A stretch of DNA of 54,985 bases from Candidatus Omnitrophota bacterium (lineage in GTDB: Bacteria > Omnitrophota > Gorgyraeia > 2-02-FULL-51-18): positions 1 to 54,985 of the forward strand of contig JACPAX010000008.1 in the NCBI GenBank assembly GCA_016180585.1. Direction: 5' to 3'. A program made the translations under genes and the position numbers. The notes below the pieces were generated by a model. It was not told where the DNA came from. It saw only the letters and a program-made list of their open reading frames with translations, and did not search any database. Positions 8,800 to 17,436 of this stretch are shown here, in pieces. Positions within the stretch are counted from its first letter, which is position 1. Every line of letters begins with the position of its first letter.

Positions 8800-9401
8800 A
8801 AAGAAACGTCGCGGCCGCCCTCTGTTTCCTCTATCTCCTGGGCTCCGGCGTCGCCGCCGCCGATATTTTCGGGGCCAGGCCGCGGAGAGATCGCCAAAAA
8901 GAAAGTCCCCGTCGGATGATCGCCGAGAAACGTTCTTCCGATTCCGACGCGCCGTTGTACGAGAAAATTTTCGAAAGTTATCTCAAAGAAGACTACGCGG
9001 CAGCCGAACGGCTCGCCCTGGATTATGCGGCGGGAGAGGGCTCCTCTTCACAGAAAGAGGACATCCTGAATCTTCGGGCGCTGAGCTTGCTGAAGCTAGG
9101 GCGCGAGGCCGAGGGGCTCGAAGCGCTGAGACGCCTCGAGGGGCCCGCTTCTCCCGTTTTGGGAATGGGGGCCGTGGAGGAGACGCCGCTTTTTTCGGTG
9201 CAGGTCGGTTCTTTTTCCAAAAAAGAAAACGCCCAAAATCTTCTTCGGAAGCTCGCGGGGAAAGGCTATGACGCGTATCTTGTCGAAGGCCCTTCCGGGA
9301 CCTGGCGCGTCCGTGTCGGGCGCTTTGCCTCCAAAGAGGAGGCCGAGGAAGCGAAGGCCCGTCTGGACCAAGACGGCACCCCGACGAAGATTGTGCCGTG
9401 A
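8796..9401 (+). CDS. SPOR-domain (peptidoglycan-binding) protein
   Basis: The C-terminal segment FSVQVGSFSKKENAQNLLRKL..GYDAYLV....WRVRVGRFASKEEAE is a typical SPOR repeat. N-terminal signal sequence. Confidence 0.75.
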   Translation: MKRNVAAALCFLYLLGSGVAAADIFGARPRRDRQKESPRRMIAEKRSSDSDAPLYEKIFESYLKEDYAAAERLALDYAAGEGSSSQKEDILNLRALSLLKLGREAEGLEALRRLEGPASPVLGMGAVEETPLFSVQVGSFSKKENAQNLLRKLAGKGYDAYLVEGPSGTWRVRVGRFASKEEAEEAKARLDQDGTPTKIVP

Positions 9402-9420
9402 GCCCTCATTCTGCAGGAGC

Positions 9421-9572
9421 AAGGGCTGGTTCGCTTTGTTCCTCGCGCGACGTTGCGGAGGCGAGCACCACGGAAAGTGGGCTTTTGGGTAGCGCAGCCG
9501 GAGCACCGAGGTCGATTTTCCTCGGAGGGGAAAATCGACAGGTCGCGCGAGGAACAAAGCGAACCAGCCCTT
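9421..9572. repeat. 152-nt hairpin element with perfect 31-bp inverted arms and a nested inner hairpin
   Basis: 9421-9451 (aagggctggttcgctttgttcctcgcgcgac) is the exact reverse complement of 9542-9572. The inner stem is gtcgattttcc (9511-9521) with ggaaaatcgac (9529-9539). Confidence 0.9.
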
Positions 9573-9606
9573 TTGCGGGAGTGGCAGAGCCGTGGCTAGG
9601 CTTGGG

Positions 9607-10527
9607 ATGAGATCCAAGGTTCTTGTGATCGCCGGCCCGACGGGGTCCGGGAAGACCGATGTCGCGCTTGAAATCCTGCGCCGTATCCCCGCCGAGGCGG
9701 TTTCGTTTGATTCCATGCAGGTATACCGCTCGATGCCCTTGCTCACCCAGGCCCCGCCCCAGGCGCCCCAAACGCATCTGGTCTCTTTTTTGAGCCCGCT
9801 CAAAGCCTACAGCGCGGCGCTCTTCCGTAAGGACGCGACGAAGCTCATCCGGCAAATTCTGGCACGGGGCAAGACGCCGCTTTTAGTCGGCGGAACCGGC
9901 CTTTATCTCCGCGCGCTTCTCGACGGGCTCTTCGAGCCGGCCGGGGAGCGCCCGGCAAGGGACGAAACGCTAAGACGGGAGATGCTTGCCGAACACGAGA
10001 AAAAGGGGGAGGGGTATCTTTACGCGGAGCTTGCCAAGCGCGATCCCGTGTCGGCGCGGCGGATCCACCCCAACGATACCCGGCGCATCGTTCGGGCGCT
10101 TGAGGTGTTTCGCCTGACGGGGCAGCCGCTTTCGGAGCAGCTTCACCGTCGGAGCGGGCTGAGGAATGAGCTGGACTTCAACATTTATCTCCTCGAGAGG
10201 ATGAGGGACGACCTGTATGACCGCATCAACCGGCGCGTCGAGCGGATGGTGAAAGACGGCCTCGTGGAGGAGGTCAGGCGTCTTGCGAAAAAACGGTTGA
10301 GTCTCACGGCCCGGATGGCGCTGGGGGTCCGGGAGATCGGCGCCTACCTTGAGGGCCGGTGCGCGTTGGAAGAGGCGAAGGAGCTTTTGAAAAAGAACAC
10401 GAGGAATTACGCCAAAAGACAGCTTTCCTGGTTTCGCCACGAAAAGGGAACTGTCCCCGTTCCCGCGTCCCCCGGCGAGACCCCGCGCCGCGTCGCCGGG
10501 AAGATCCTGGCGCAGTGGGGAAAATGA
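9607..10527 (+). CDS. miaA: tRNA dimethylallyltransferase
   Basis: MRSKVLVIAGPTGSGKT P-loop and IPPT motifs (DSMQVYR, LVGGTGLY). ATG 9607 preferred over GTG 9592. Confidence 0.92.
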   Translation: MRSKVLVIAGPTGSGKTDVALEILRRIPAEAVSFDSMQVYRSMPLLTQAPPQAPQTHLVSFLSPLKAYSAALFRKDATKLIRQILARGKTPLLVGGTGLYLRALLDGLFEPAGERPARDETLRREMLAEHEKKGEGYLYAELAKRDPVSARRIHPNDTRRIVRALEVFRLTGQPLSEQLHRRSGLRNELDFNIYLLERMRDDLYDRINRRVERMVKDGLVEEVRRLAKKRLSLTARMALGVREIGAYLEGRCALEEAKELLKKNTRNYAKRQLSWFRHEKGTVPVPASPGETPRRVAGKILAQWGK

Positions 10528-11735
10528 AAGAGCGAGCGCTGCTGGTGTCGCCGCGGTTTTCTTCGCCGCGCCGTCAGGACCGCTTTCCCGAAGCCACCCG
10601 GGAATTGGAAGCCCTCTGCGGATCGGCGGGGCTTGAGGTTGTGGACCACCTGGTCTGCCGGCAAAAGACGCCGAACGCCCCGTTTCTTTTGGGAAAGGGA
10701 AAGGTCGAGGAAGCGGCCGCCCGGGTCCGGGACCGGAAGGCGGACGTGGTGGTGTTTGAGACGGATCTTTCGAGCACCCAGCAGAGAAATCTCGAAGAAA
10801 TCATTCCGGCGAAAACCATCGATCGCACCCAGCTTATTTTGGACATCTTCTCCCAGCGCGCGCGCTCTCCCGAAGGGAAGCTGCAGGTGGAACTTGCCCA
10901 GATGAAATATCTTTTGCCGAGACTGGCCGGCAAAGGGGTCTATCTCTCGAGACTCGGGGGCGGCGTGGGGACGCGCGGCCCCGGCGAACAAAAACTCGAA
11001 GTGGACCGGCGGCGCATCCGCGAACGCATCAGCCGTCTCTCCCGCGAGCTTGGGGAACTGCGGAAGAGGCGCTCTTTCAGCCTGCAGAAGAAAAAGGAGA
11101 AAGAGACGGCGCTGGTCGCCCTCGTCGGCTACACGAACGCCGGCAAATCCAGTCTTTTTAACCGGCTGACCCATTCGTCCGCGCGGGTGGAGGACAGGCT
11201 CTTCTCGACGCTGGACACGACGACGCGCCAGGTGGATCTGGGCCACCGGCAGAAAGCGCTGCTCGTCGACACGGTGGGTTTTATCCGGAACCTTCCGCAT
11301 CACCTGGTCGAGTCTTTCAAGGCGACGCTGGAGGAAATCGTCGAGGCCGATGTTTTGTTGCATGTCGCGGACGCGGGTCGTCCGGACGCGGCCGAGCTGG
11401 GGAAGGCCGTGGACGCGGTGCTGGCGTCCCTTGGCGTGGACCGGGCCAAAAGCATTCTGGTCTGGAACAAGTCGGACCTCTCGAGGCGAACGGACGGCGG
11501 TGTGCCGGTTTCCGCCAAAACCGGAGAGGGGATCGAGGAGCTCCTGTCCGTGATTTTAGAAGCGCTCTCCCGGGCGAAGCAGGAAACCACCTTTCTGGTC
11601 CCGGCCGGGTCCGAGGGGCTGGCCCATTTTTTGTATGAAAAAGCGGAGGTCCTGGAAAGGACCGAAAGCGGGGAAGGCGCCCTGCTGAAAGTCAGAATCA
11701 GCCGCCAGGGGGCGGGCCTTCGCCACGGACCATGA
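10524..11735 (+). CDS. hflX: GTPase HflX
   Basis: HflX N-domain (DLSSTQQRNLEE, QVELAQMKYLLPRL) and G-domain (GYTNAGKSSLFN, DTVGF, NKSD). The ATG at 10524 overlaps the miaA stop (ATGA). Confidence 0.92.
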   Translation: MKERALLVSPRFSSPRRQDRFPEATRELEALCGSAGLEVVDHLVCRQKTPNAPFLLGKGKVEEAAARVRDRKADVVVFETDLSSTQQRNLEEIIPAKTIDRTQLILDIFSQRARSPEGKLQVELAQMKYLLPRLAGKGVYLSRLGGGVGTRGPGEQKLEVDRRRIRERISRLSRELGELRKRRSFSLQKKKEKETALVALVGYTNAGKSSLFNRLTHSSARVEDRLFSTLDTTTRQVDLGHRQKALLVDTVGFIRNLPHHLVESFKATLEEIVEADVLLHVADAGRPDAAELGKAVDAVLASLGVDRAKSILVWNKSDLSRRTDGGVPVSAKTGEGIEELLSVILEALSRAKQETTFLVPAGSEGLAHFLYEKAEVLERTESGEGALLKVRISRQGAGLRHGP

Positions 11736-11740
11736 AAAAG

Positions 11741-11768
11741 TTGACAGCCGGAAAAAATATGCTAGACT
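11741..11768 (+). promoter_or_regulatory. Promoter of the heat-shock operon: TTGACA-16 nt-TAGACT, with TGn immediately upstream of the -10
   Basis: TTGACA at 11741-11746 and TGCTAGACT at 11760-11768, directly upstream of CIRCE. Confidence 0.6.
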
Positions 11769-11772
11769 AAGG

Positions 11773-11799
11773 TTAGCACTCCATAGGGTAGAGTGCTAA
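11773..11799. promoter_or_regulatory. CIRCE operator (HrcA binding site), perfect consensus TTAGCACTC-N9-GAGTGCTAA
   Basis: ttagcactc catagggta gagtgctaa read directly. Located between the promoter and hrcA. Confidence 0.95.
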
Positions 11800-11840
11800 A
11801 ACCCGCGTTACATTCCCATCCCGGCAGAGGAGGGGTATCG

Positions 11841-12659
11841 ATGATGAGAAACCAAGAGCAGGGCTCGCGTGATGACATGATTTTCGACATCGTGGTGAGG
11901 TCGTATATCGAGACGGCCGAGCCGGTGGGCTCAAGGACGATCTCGCGCCGGTACGGAGTGGGTCTGTCTCCTGCCTCCATCCGTAATGTGATGGCGGACC
12001 TTGAAGAACAGGGCCTCTTGTCCCAGCCGCACACTTCGGCGGGGCGGGTTCCCACGGACAGGGGCTACCGTTATTGGGTGGATTCCCTGATGCGACCGGA
12101 GGAGCTGGCGGCCAAAGAGAAAGAATGGATTGGCCGCGAGCTTCAGGAGGCCAAGACGATCGAGGACCTCGCCGAAAAAGTGTCCAAGATTATTTCGCAA
12201 ATCACCGGCAACGCGGCGCTCTTTTATCTGAGAAACCTGAAAAGAGTGTCCTTTTTGTCGTATCTTCTGGATGAGTTGGTGGAGGCCCACCGCCTCGTTG
12301 ATTTTCTGGAGGAGGAGCCCGAGCTCTACATCGAGGGAGCGGTGCGGGTTTTTCAACAGCCGGAGTTTCAGGATTTGGAAAAAATGAGGAGTCTTTTGCA
12401 GGCCTTTGACGAGGAAGGCGATTTCCTGCAGGTCTTCGTCAAAGACCTTGAAGAGGAGGGGGTGCATGTCCACATCGGGAGCGAAAACGAGGGGGACCGC
12501 CTCGAAGACGTGAGCCTTGTGGTCAAGGATTGTTATCTGGGCCGGATGCCGATCGGAGGGGTCGCAGTGGTCGGTCCGACGCGGATGAAATATCCCAAGG
12601 TGATGTCCGTCGTGGATTACGTGGCGGACAGTCTGACGGAGATTGCGCGCCGTTTTTAA
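11841..12659 (+). CDS. hrcA: Heat-inducible transcription repressor HrcA
   Basis: N-terminal winged-helix signature IVRSYIETAEPVGSRTISRRYGVGLSPASIRNVMADLEEQGLL. SD GAGGAGGGG upstream of the ATG at 11841. Confidence 0.92.
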   Translation: MMRNQEQGSRDDMIFDIVVRSYIETAEPVGSRTISRRYGVGLSPASIRNVMADLEEQGLLSQPHTSAGRVPTDRGYRYWVDSLMRPEELAAKEKEWIGRELQEAKTIEDLAEKVSKIISQITGNAALFYLRNLKRVSFLSYLLDELVEAHRLVDFLEEEPELYIEGAVRVFQQPEFQDLEKMRSLLQAFDEEGDFLQVFVKDLEEEGVHVHIGSENEGDRLEDVSLVVKDCYLGRMPIGGVAVVGPTRMKYPKVMSVVDYVADSLTEIARRF

Positions 12660-12669
12660 AAAGGTGGTT

Positions 12670-13161
12670 ATGGCCGAAGAGGACAAGGAAAAAAAAGAAG
12701 AAAAGACGGACGTCGCCGCGGAGCAGATGCTTCGCATTCGAGCCGATTTCGAAAACACGAAGAAGAGGCTTGAACGCGAGAAAGAGAGCGCGATCAGGTT
12801 CGCTAACGAGCGCTTGCTCGCGGAGATTCTGCCGATCGTCGATAATTTTGACCGGGCGATGACGAGTCTGTCCGAAGGTCACGACCCGGAGAAGGTCAAG
12901 CAAGGGCTCAAGATCGCGCAGGACGAGTTGCATCAGGTCCTTGAGGAACACGGCGTCGAGGTGGTGAAGAGCGTCGGAGAGTCGTTTGACCCCCACGTTC
13001 ATGAGGCCGTGGCGACGGTGCCGTCGGCCGGCGCCCGGGACGGCACGATTGTGGACGAGATCCAAAGAGGCTATCTTTTGAACGGGAGGCTCTTGCGTCC
13101 GTCCCGCGTGCGCATCGCGCAGAATCAACCAAAAAATTCAGGGGAAGAGGAGGAGACATAA
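12670..13161 (+). CDS. grpE: Nucleotide exchange factor GrpE
   Basis: [18 protein letters not shown] motif and a C-terminal beta-domain (FDPHVHEAV...[14 protein letters not shown]). Confidence 0.92.
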   Translation: MAEEDKEKKEEKTDVAAEQMLRIRADFENTKKRLEREKESAIRFANERLLAEILPIVDNFDRAMTSLSEGHDPEKVKQGLKIAQDELHQVLEEHGVEVVKSVGESFDPHVHEAVATVPSAGARDGTIVDEIQRGYLLNGRLLRPSRVRIAQNQPKNSGEEEET

Positions 13162-13162
13162 C

Positions 13163-15064
13163 ATGGCCAGCGAAAAAGTAATCGGCATTGATCTGGGAAC
13201 GACAAACTCCTGCGTGGCGGTGATGCAAAGCGGGGAGCCGGTGGTGATCGCCAACGCCGAAGGGGGACGGACGACGCCGTCGGTGGTCGGATTCGCCAAA
13301 AACGGGGAACGTCTCGTCGGCCAGGCGGCCAAGCGCCAGGCGATCACCAATCCCGAGAACACCGTTTTTTCGATCAAGCGTTTCATGGGCCGCAGACACG
13401 AAGAGGTGCTTGCGGAGGAAAAACTTGTTCCTTACAAGGTCGTCGAGGGGGCCGGTGGCGACCTGCGGGTCCGGGTATCCGGCAAGGAACATACGCCGCC
13501 CGAGATTTCGGCGATCATTCTCCAGAAAATGAAGCAGACTGCCGAGGATTACCTGGGACATCCGGTGATGAAGGCCGTCATCACGGTGCCGGCGTATTTC
13601 AACGACTCCCAGCGGCAGGCGACCAAGGATGCCGGCCGGATCGCGGGGCTTGAGGTCCTGCGCATCATCAACGAGCCGACGGCCGCCGCACTCGCCTACG
13701 GCCTCGATAAAAAGAAAAACGAGAAAATCGCGGTTTACGATCTCGGCGGCGGGACCTTTGACATCTCGATCCTTGAGATCGGCGACGGGGTGTTCGAGGT
13801 GAAGTCCACGAACGGCGACACGCATCTGGGCGGCGACGATTTTGACCAGCGCGTCATGGACTGGCTTGCCGAGGAGTTTAGGCGGGCGGAAGGCATCGAT
13901 TTGAGAAAAGACCGGATGGCGCTCCAGCGTCTCAAGGAAGCCGCCGAGAAAGCCAAGTGCGAGCTGTCTTCCAACGCGCAGAGCGAGATCAACCTTCCTT
14001 TTATCACCGCCGACGCCAGCGGGCCCAAGCATCTGACGATGACGCTCACCCGCTCGAAGCTGGAGCAGTTGGTGGACGATCTGGTCCAGAGGACCGTCGC
14101 GCCCTGCAAGAAAGCGCTTGAAGACGCCAAGCTCAAAGCCTCCGATATCGATGAGGTGGTCCTCGTCGGGGGACAGACGCGCATGCCCAAAGTGCAGGAA
14201 GTGGTGCGCGGACTTTTCGGCAAAGACCCCCACAAAGGCGTCAATCCCGACGAAGTCGTCGCGGTCGGCGCGGCGATCCAGGGCGGGGTGCTGGTCGGCG
14301 ACGTGAAGGACGTGCTGCTTTTGGATGTCACGCCGCTCTCGCTGGGCATCGAAACGCTCGGGGGCGTGTGCACGAAGCTCATCGAGCGCAACACGACGAT
14401 CCCGACGCGGAAAAGTCAGGTCTTCTCGACGGCGGCCGACAGTCAAACGGCGGTCTCGATTCACGTGTTGCAGGGTGAAAGGGAAATGGCCGAATACAAC
14501 CGCACGCTCGGCCGTTTTGACCTCGTCGGCATTCCGCCGGCCCCGCGAGGCGTCCCTCAGATCGAGGTCACTTTCGACATCGACGCCAACGGGATCGTGC
14601 ACGTGTCCGCCAAGGACCTCGGGACGGGCAAAGAGCAAAAGATCCGAATCGAGAGCTCCAGCGGTCTCAGCAAAGAAGAGATCGAGCGGATGACCAAGGA
14701 CGCTTCGGCCCACGCGGAAGAGGACCGGAAAAAGAAAGAAACGGTCGAGGCCAGAAACCGTCTGGACACGCTGGTCTATTCGACGGAAAAGTCGCTGAAG
14801 GATCTCGGCGAGAAAGTCTCCGCCGAGGAGAAAAAGAAAGTTGAAGAAGCGATCGCCGCCGCGAAAGAGGCGCTGGACTCCTCCGACCCCGCGACGATCA
14901 AAAAAGCCGAGGAAAACCTCACCGCCGCGTCCCACAAAATCGCCGAGGAAATGTACAAAAACGCCGCTTCCAAAGCGCAGCCGTCCGGCCCGCAAGCCGA
15001 AGGCGGACAGGACAAGAAAGAAGATGTCGTGGACGCGGAGTACAAGGTGGAAGACGACAAATAA
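13163..15064 (+). CDS. dnaK: Molecular chaperone DnaK (Hsp70)
   Basis: 633 aa with Hsp70 signatures [22 protein letters not shown] and [11 protein letters not shown]. Confidence 0.98.
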   Translation: MASEKVIGIDLGTTNSCVAVMQSGEPVVIANAEGGRTTPSVVGFAKNGERLVGQAAKRQAITNPENTVFSIKRFMGRRHEEVLAEEKLVPYKVVEGAGGDLRVRVSGKEHTPPEISAIILQKMKQTAEDYLGHPVMKAVITVPAYFNDSQRQATKDAGRIAGLEVLRIINEPTAAALAYGLDKKKNEKIAVYDLGGGTFDISILEIGDGVFEVKSTNGDTHLGGDDFDQRVMDWLAEEFRRAEGIDLRKDRMALQRLKEAAEKAKCELSSNAQSEINLPFITADASGPKHLTMTLTRSKLEQLVDDLVQRTVAPCKKALEDAKLKASDIDEVVLVGGQTRMPKVQEVVRGLFGKDPHKGVNPDEVVAVGAAIQGGVLVGDVKDVLLLDVTPLSLGIETLGGVCTKLIERNTTIPTRKSQVFSTAADSQTAVSIHVLQGEREMAEYNRTLGRFDLVGIPPAPRGVPQIEVTFDIDANGIVHVSAKDLGTGKEQKIRIESSSGLSKEEIERMTKDASAHAEEDRKKKETVEARNRLDTLVYSTEKSLKDLGEKVSAEEKKKVEEAIAAAKEALDSSDPATIKKAEENLTAASHKIAEEMYKNAASKAQPSGPQAEGGQDKKEDVVDAEYKVEDDK

Positions 15065-15120
15065 CTAGGGTGTCATTGCGAGCGACCGAAGAGAGCGAAG
15101 CAATCTTTGCAACGAAAAAT

Positions 15121-15169
15121 GGACAGCGCCCTTTTTTAACGGGTTTATCGCTAAAAAAGGGCACTGTCC
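15121..15169. other. Inverted repeat downstream of dnaK, a possible bidirectional terminator or insertion boundary
   Basis: ggacagcgccctttttt (15121-15137) pairs with aaaaaagggcactgtcc (15153-15169) with one mismatch. Confidence 0.5.
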
Positions 15170-15310
15170 CCTGTATGATTGTATCAGATAATGAATGAGC
15201 TAATAAACATGAGAGTCGTAGATACATTTTCTGGAAATGAATTTTAAAAATTCATAAAAGAGTTCCTGGAAAATTTAGAAATCTAACAATTTTTGCAGAA
15301 AGAATCAAAC

Positions 15311-15967
15311 ATGAAGAAAAGTAAGCGTTATGACACATCGGATTTGCTTGAAGATCAGGCCGAGCCCGGTTCTCACGGGTTGATGCTCAAGAATTTGATG
15401 GGCATCAAAAGCGAGCGTGAGATGGATGAGGTTGAGAGCGTGGCTTTAAAGCAAGCGGAGGATTATCTTTTTGGGCTTTATGACGCGAAACACCGATTTA
15501 CGGCCAAAGATATTTGCAATATGCACAAAGTTTGGTTGGGCCGAATCTATCCTTGGGCGGGGCAATATCGAAGCGTGGATCTAACCAAAGGCATTCGCTT
15601 TGCCCATGCGAAGCTTGTCCCTGAATTGATGAAGACTTTTGAGACGGAGTGCTTGGCCCGGTATACGCCCTGCAACTTCAAGTCGACCGAGGAGTTGGCC
15701 AGGGCTTTGGCGGAGGTGCACGTCGAATTTGTGCTCATTCATCCCTTTCGGGAAGGAAACGGTAGAATAGCCCGTGTCGTCACAACGCTCATGGCTTTAC
15801 AAGCCGCGAAACCTATTCTGGATTTCAATTCAATCCAGCAAGGTAGCGGGAAAGAGCAGTACTTCGAGGCTGTTCGCGCGGGTTTTGATCGGAATTACGA
15901 TCTGATGAAAAAAGTTATTGCAGGTATTTTGAAGAGGACTCTTGATCGTCAGGCAAGTGGTAAATAA
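15311..15967 (+). CDS. fic: Fic-family protein (Fido domain) with a canonical AMPylation motif
   Basis: HPFREGNGRIARV matches HxFx(D/E)GNGRxxR. About 218 aa, similar in size to class I Fic toxins. Low GC relative to dnaK and dnaJ. Confidence 0.88.
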   Translation: MKKSKRYDTSDLLEDQAEPGSHGLMLKNLMGIKSEREMDEVESVALKQAEDYLFGLYDAKHRFTAKDICNMHKVWLGRIYPWAGQYRSVDLTKGIRFAHAKLVPELMKTFETECLARYTPCNFKSTEELARALAEVHVEFVLIHPFREGNGRIARVVTTLMALQAAKPILDFNSIQQGSGKEQYFEAVRAGFDRNYDLMKKVIAGILKRTLDRQASGK

Positions 15968-16127
15968 GCGTTGGATAGCGGTCGTCTTGAAGAGCCTTCA
16001 ATATTGCCGGGTTTAGCCTTCCCAGTTCGACGGTTGCAGAACTGGTTACATTGGCAATCAACATCAACGCGTAGCGCTTAGAATCTCGAAGGAATGGATT
16101 GGTGTCTTTAAGTGATTTATGTTCCAT
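15915..16127 (-). CDS. Small convergent ORF (70 aa), a candidate Fic-inhibitory (VbhA-like) protein
   Basis: It is the only ORF in the fic-dnaJ spacer. It contains NVTSSATVELG, resembling the (S/T)xxxE(G/N) inhibitory helix motif. It overlaps the fic 3' end by 53 nt. No clear SD. Confidence 0.35.
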   Translation of the reverse strand: MEHKSLKDTNPFLRDSKRYALMLIANVTSSATVELGRLNPAILKALQDDRYPTLIYHLPDDQESSSKYLQ

Positions 16128-16175
16128 AAGTTAAGTGTACCACATTTTTATGGTTTATATTCTGAGAACTAGCTG

Positions 16176-17294
16176 ATGCCCCAGCATAAAAGAGACTATT
16201 ACGAGATCCTCGGGGTTTCCCGCGAGGCGACGCCGGAGGAGATCAAGAAGGCGTATCGCCAGTGCGCGCTGAGCCATCACCCCGACCGGAATCCCGGAGA
16301 TAAAAAGGCCGAGGACAAATTCAAGGAAGCGACGGAAGCCTATCAGGTTTTGTCCGACGAAAAAAAACGCGGCGTTTACGACCGGTACGGCCATGAGGGG
16401 CTGAAGTCTTCCGGGTGGGAAGGCGGCGGGTTCGCTTCGGGCGGATTTGGCGATATCTTCGAGGACATTTTCGAGGATTTCTTTGGCGGCGGGGCGGGTC
16501 GCTCGCGGAACCGCCCCGGCCGCGGCCGCGATCTCCAGGTCGGCGTGGAGCTCGCGTTTGAGGAAGCGGCGTTCGGCGCCGAGAAAAGTATTTCGCTTCG
16601 CAGAGAGGAAGCCTGCTCCGGGTGTCGCGGGGAGGGGACCAAGCCCGGCACGTCACGGACCGCCTGCGGCGTCTGCCGGGGTTCGGGGCAGGTGCAGGTC
16701 TCCAGCGGTTTTTTCAGCATTTCAAGGCCCTGCCACCGCTGCGGCGGAGAGGGGAGTCTCATCAGCCATCCCTGCCCGTCGTGCCGCGGGTCCGGTCGGG
16801 CCGTCATCGAAAGAAAAGTGCAGGTGAAAATTCCTCCCGGGGTCGACAACGGCCTGCGCCTGCGGGTGACGGGGGAAGGGGAGGCCGGCGTCCGCGGGGG
16901 TCCGCGCGGTGATCTCTATGTCGCGATGACGGTCAAGCCTCACGAGCTTTTTACCCGGCGTGAGAATGACGTGCTCTGTGAAGTCCCGGTGAGCTTCGCC
17001 CAGGCCGCGCTGGGGGCCGAGATCGAGGTCCCGACGCTGACCGGGAAAGCGCCGCTGAAGATCCCGGCAGGGACCCAGACCGGAAAAGTGTTTAAGCTCA
17101 AGGGCAAGGGGATCGCCTCGCTCAACGGCCGCGGCGTCGGCGACGAGGAAATCCGGATCTTCGTCGAAACCCCGGCGCACCTTTCCGAAAAACAAAAAGA
17201 GCTTTTGTGGCAATTCGCGGCGGCTTCCGACGAGAAGACGCAGCCTTTTTCGCGATCGTTTATCGAGAAAGTAAGAAAGATTATTTCAAAATAA
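16176..17294 (+). CDS. dnaJ: Molecular chaperone DnaJ (Hsp40)
   Basis: J-domain (DYYEILGV...HHPDRNPGD), G/F region and four CxxCxGxG zinc-finger repeats. Confidence 0.97.
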   Translation: MPQHKRDYYEILGVSREATPEEIKKAYRQCALSHHPDRNPGDKKAEDKFKEATEAYQVLSDEKKRGVYDRYGHEGLKSSGWEGGGFASGGFGDIFEDIFEDFFGGGAGRSRNRPGRGRDLQVGVELAFEEAAFGAEKSISLRREEACSGCRGEGTKPGTSRTACGVCRGSGQVQVSSGFFSISRPCHRCGGEGSLISHPCPSCRGSGRAVIERKVQVKIPPGVDNGLRLRVTGEGEAGVRGGPRGDLYVAMTVKPHELFTRRENDVLCEVPVSFAQAALGAEIEVPTLTGKAPLKIPAGTQTGKVFKLKGKGIASLNGRGVGDEEIRIFVETPAHLSEKQKELLWQFAAASDEKTQPFSRSFIEKVRKIISK

Positions 17295-17296
17295 TT

Positions 17297-17419
17297 AAAA
17301 TCCGAAGCACGAAATTCGAAACAAGAACCAAAATTCGAATGACAAAAATTCTAAATAACCGTTTAGGGTATTCGAATTTAAAGTATTTGAATTTATTTCG
17401 GATTTTGAATTTCGGATTT
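17297..17419. repeat. AT-rich low-complexity imperfect hairpin built from aaatccgaa/aaattcgaa units
   Basis: The left half (aaaatccgaagcacgaaattcgaaac...) and the right half (...gtatttgaatttatttcggattttgaatttcggattt) are imperfect reverse complements. Confidence 0.7.
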
Positions 17420-17436
17420 GTTATTAGGAGGTTTTT

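Noticed and set aside
9470-9545. tRNA-like fragment (gggtagcgcagccgg resembles a tRNA acceptor/D-arm)
   Set aside because: No complete cloverleaf can be drawn: there is no matching acceptor 3' strand, anticodon arm or T-loop GTTCRANNC. The segment is the interior of the 152-nt palindromic element.
12908-14995. 695-aa ORF on the minus strand
   Set aside because: It lies entirely antisense to dnaK, whose identity is unambiguous. Its Arg/Gly/Asp-rich composition is typical of shadow ORFs in high-GC DNA, and it has no recognisable motifs.
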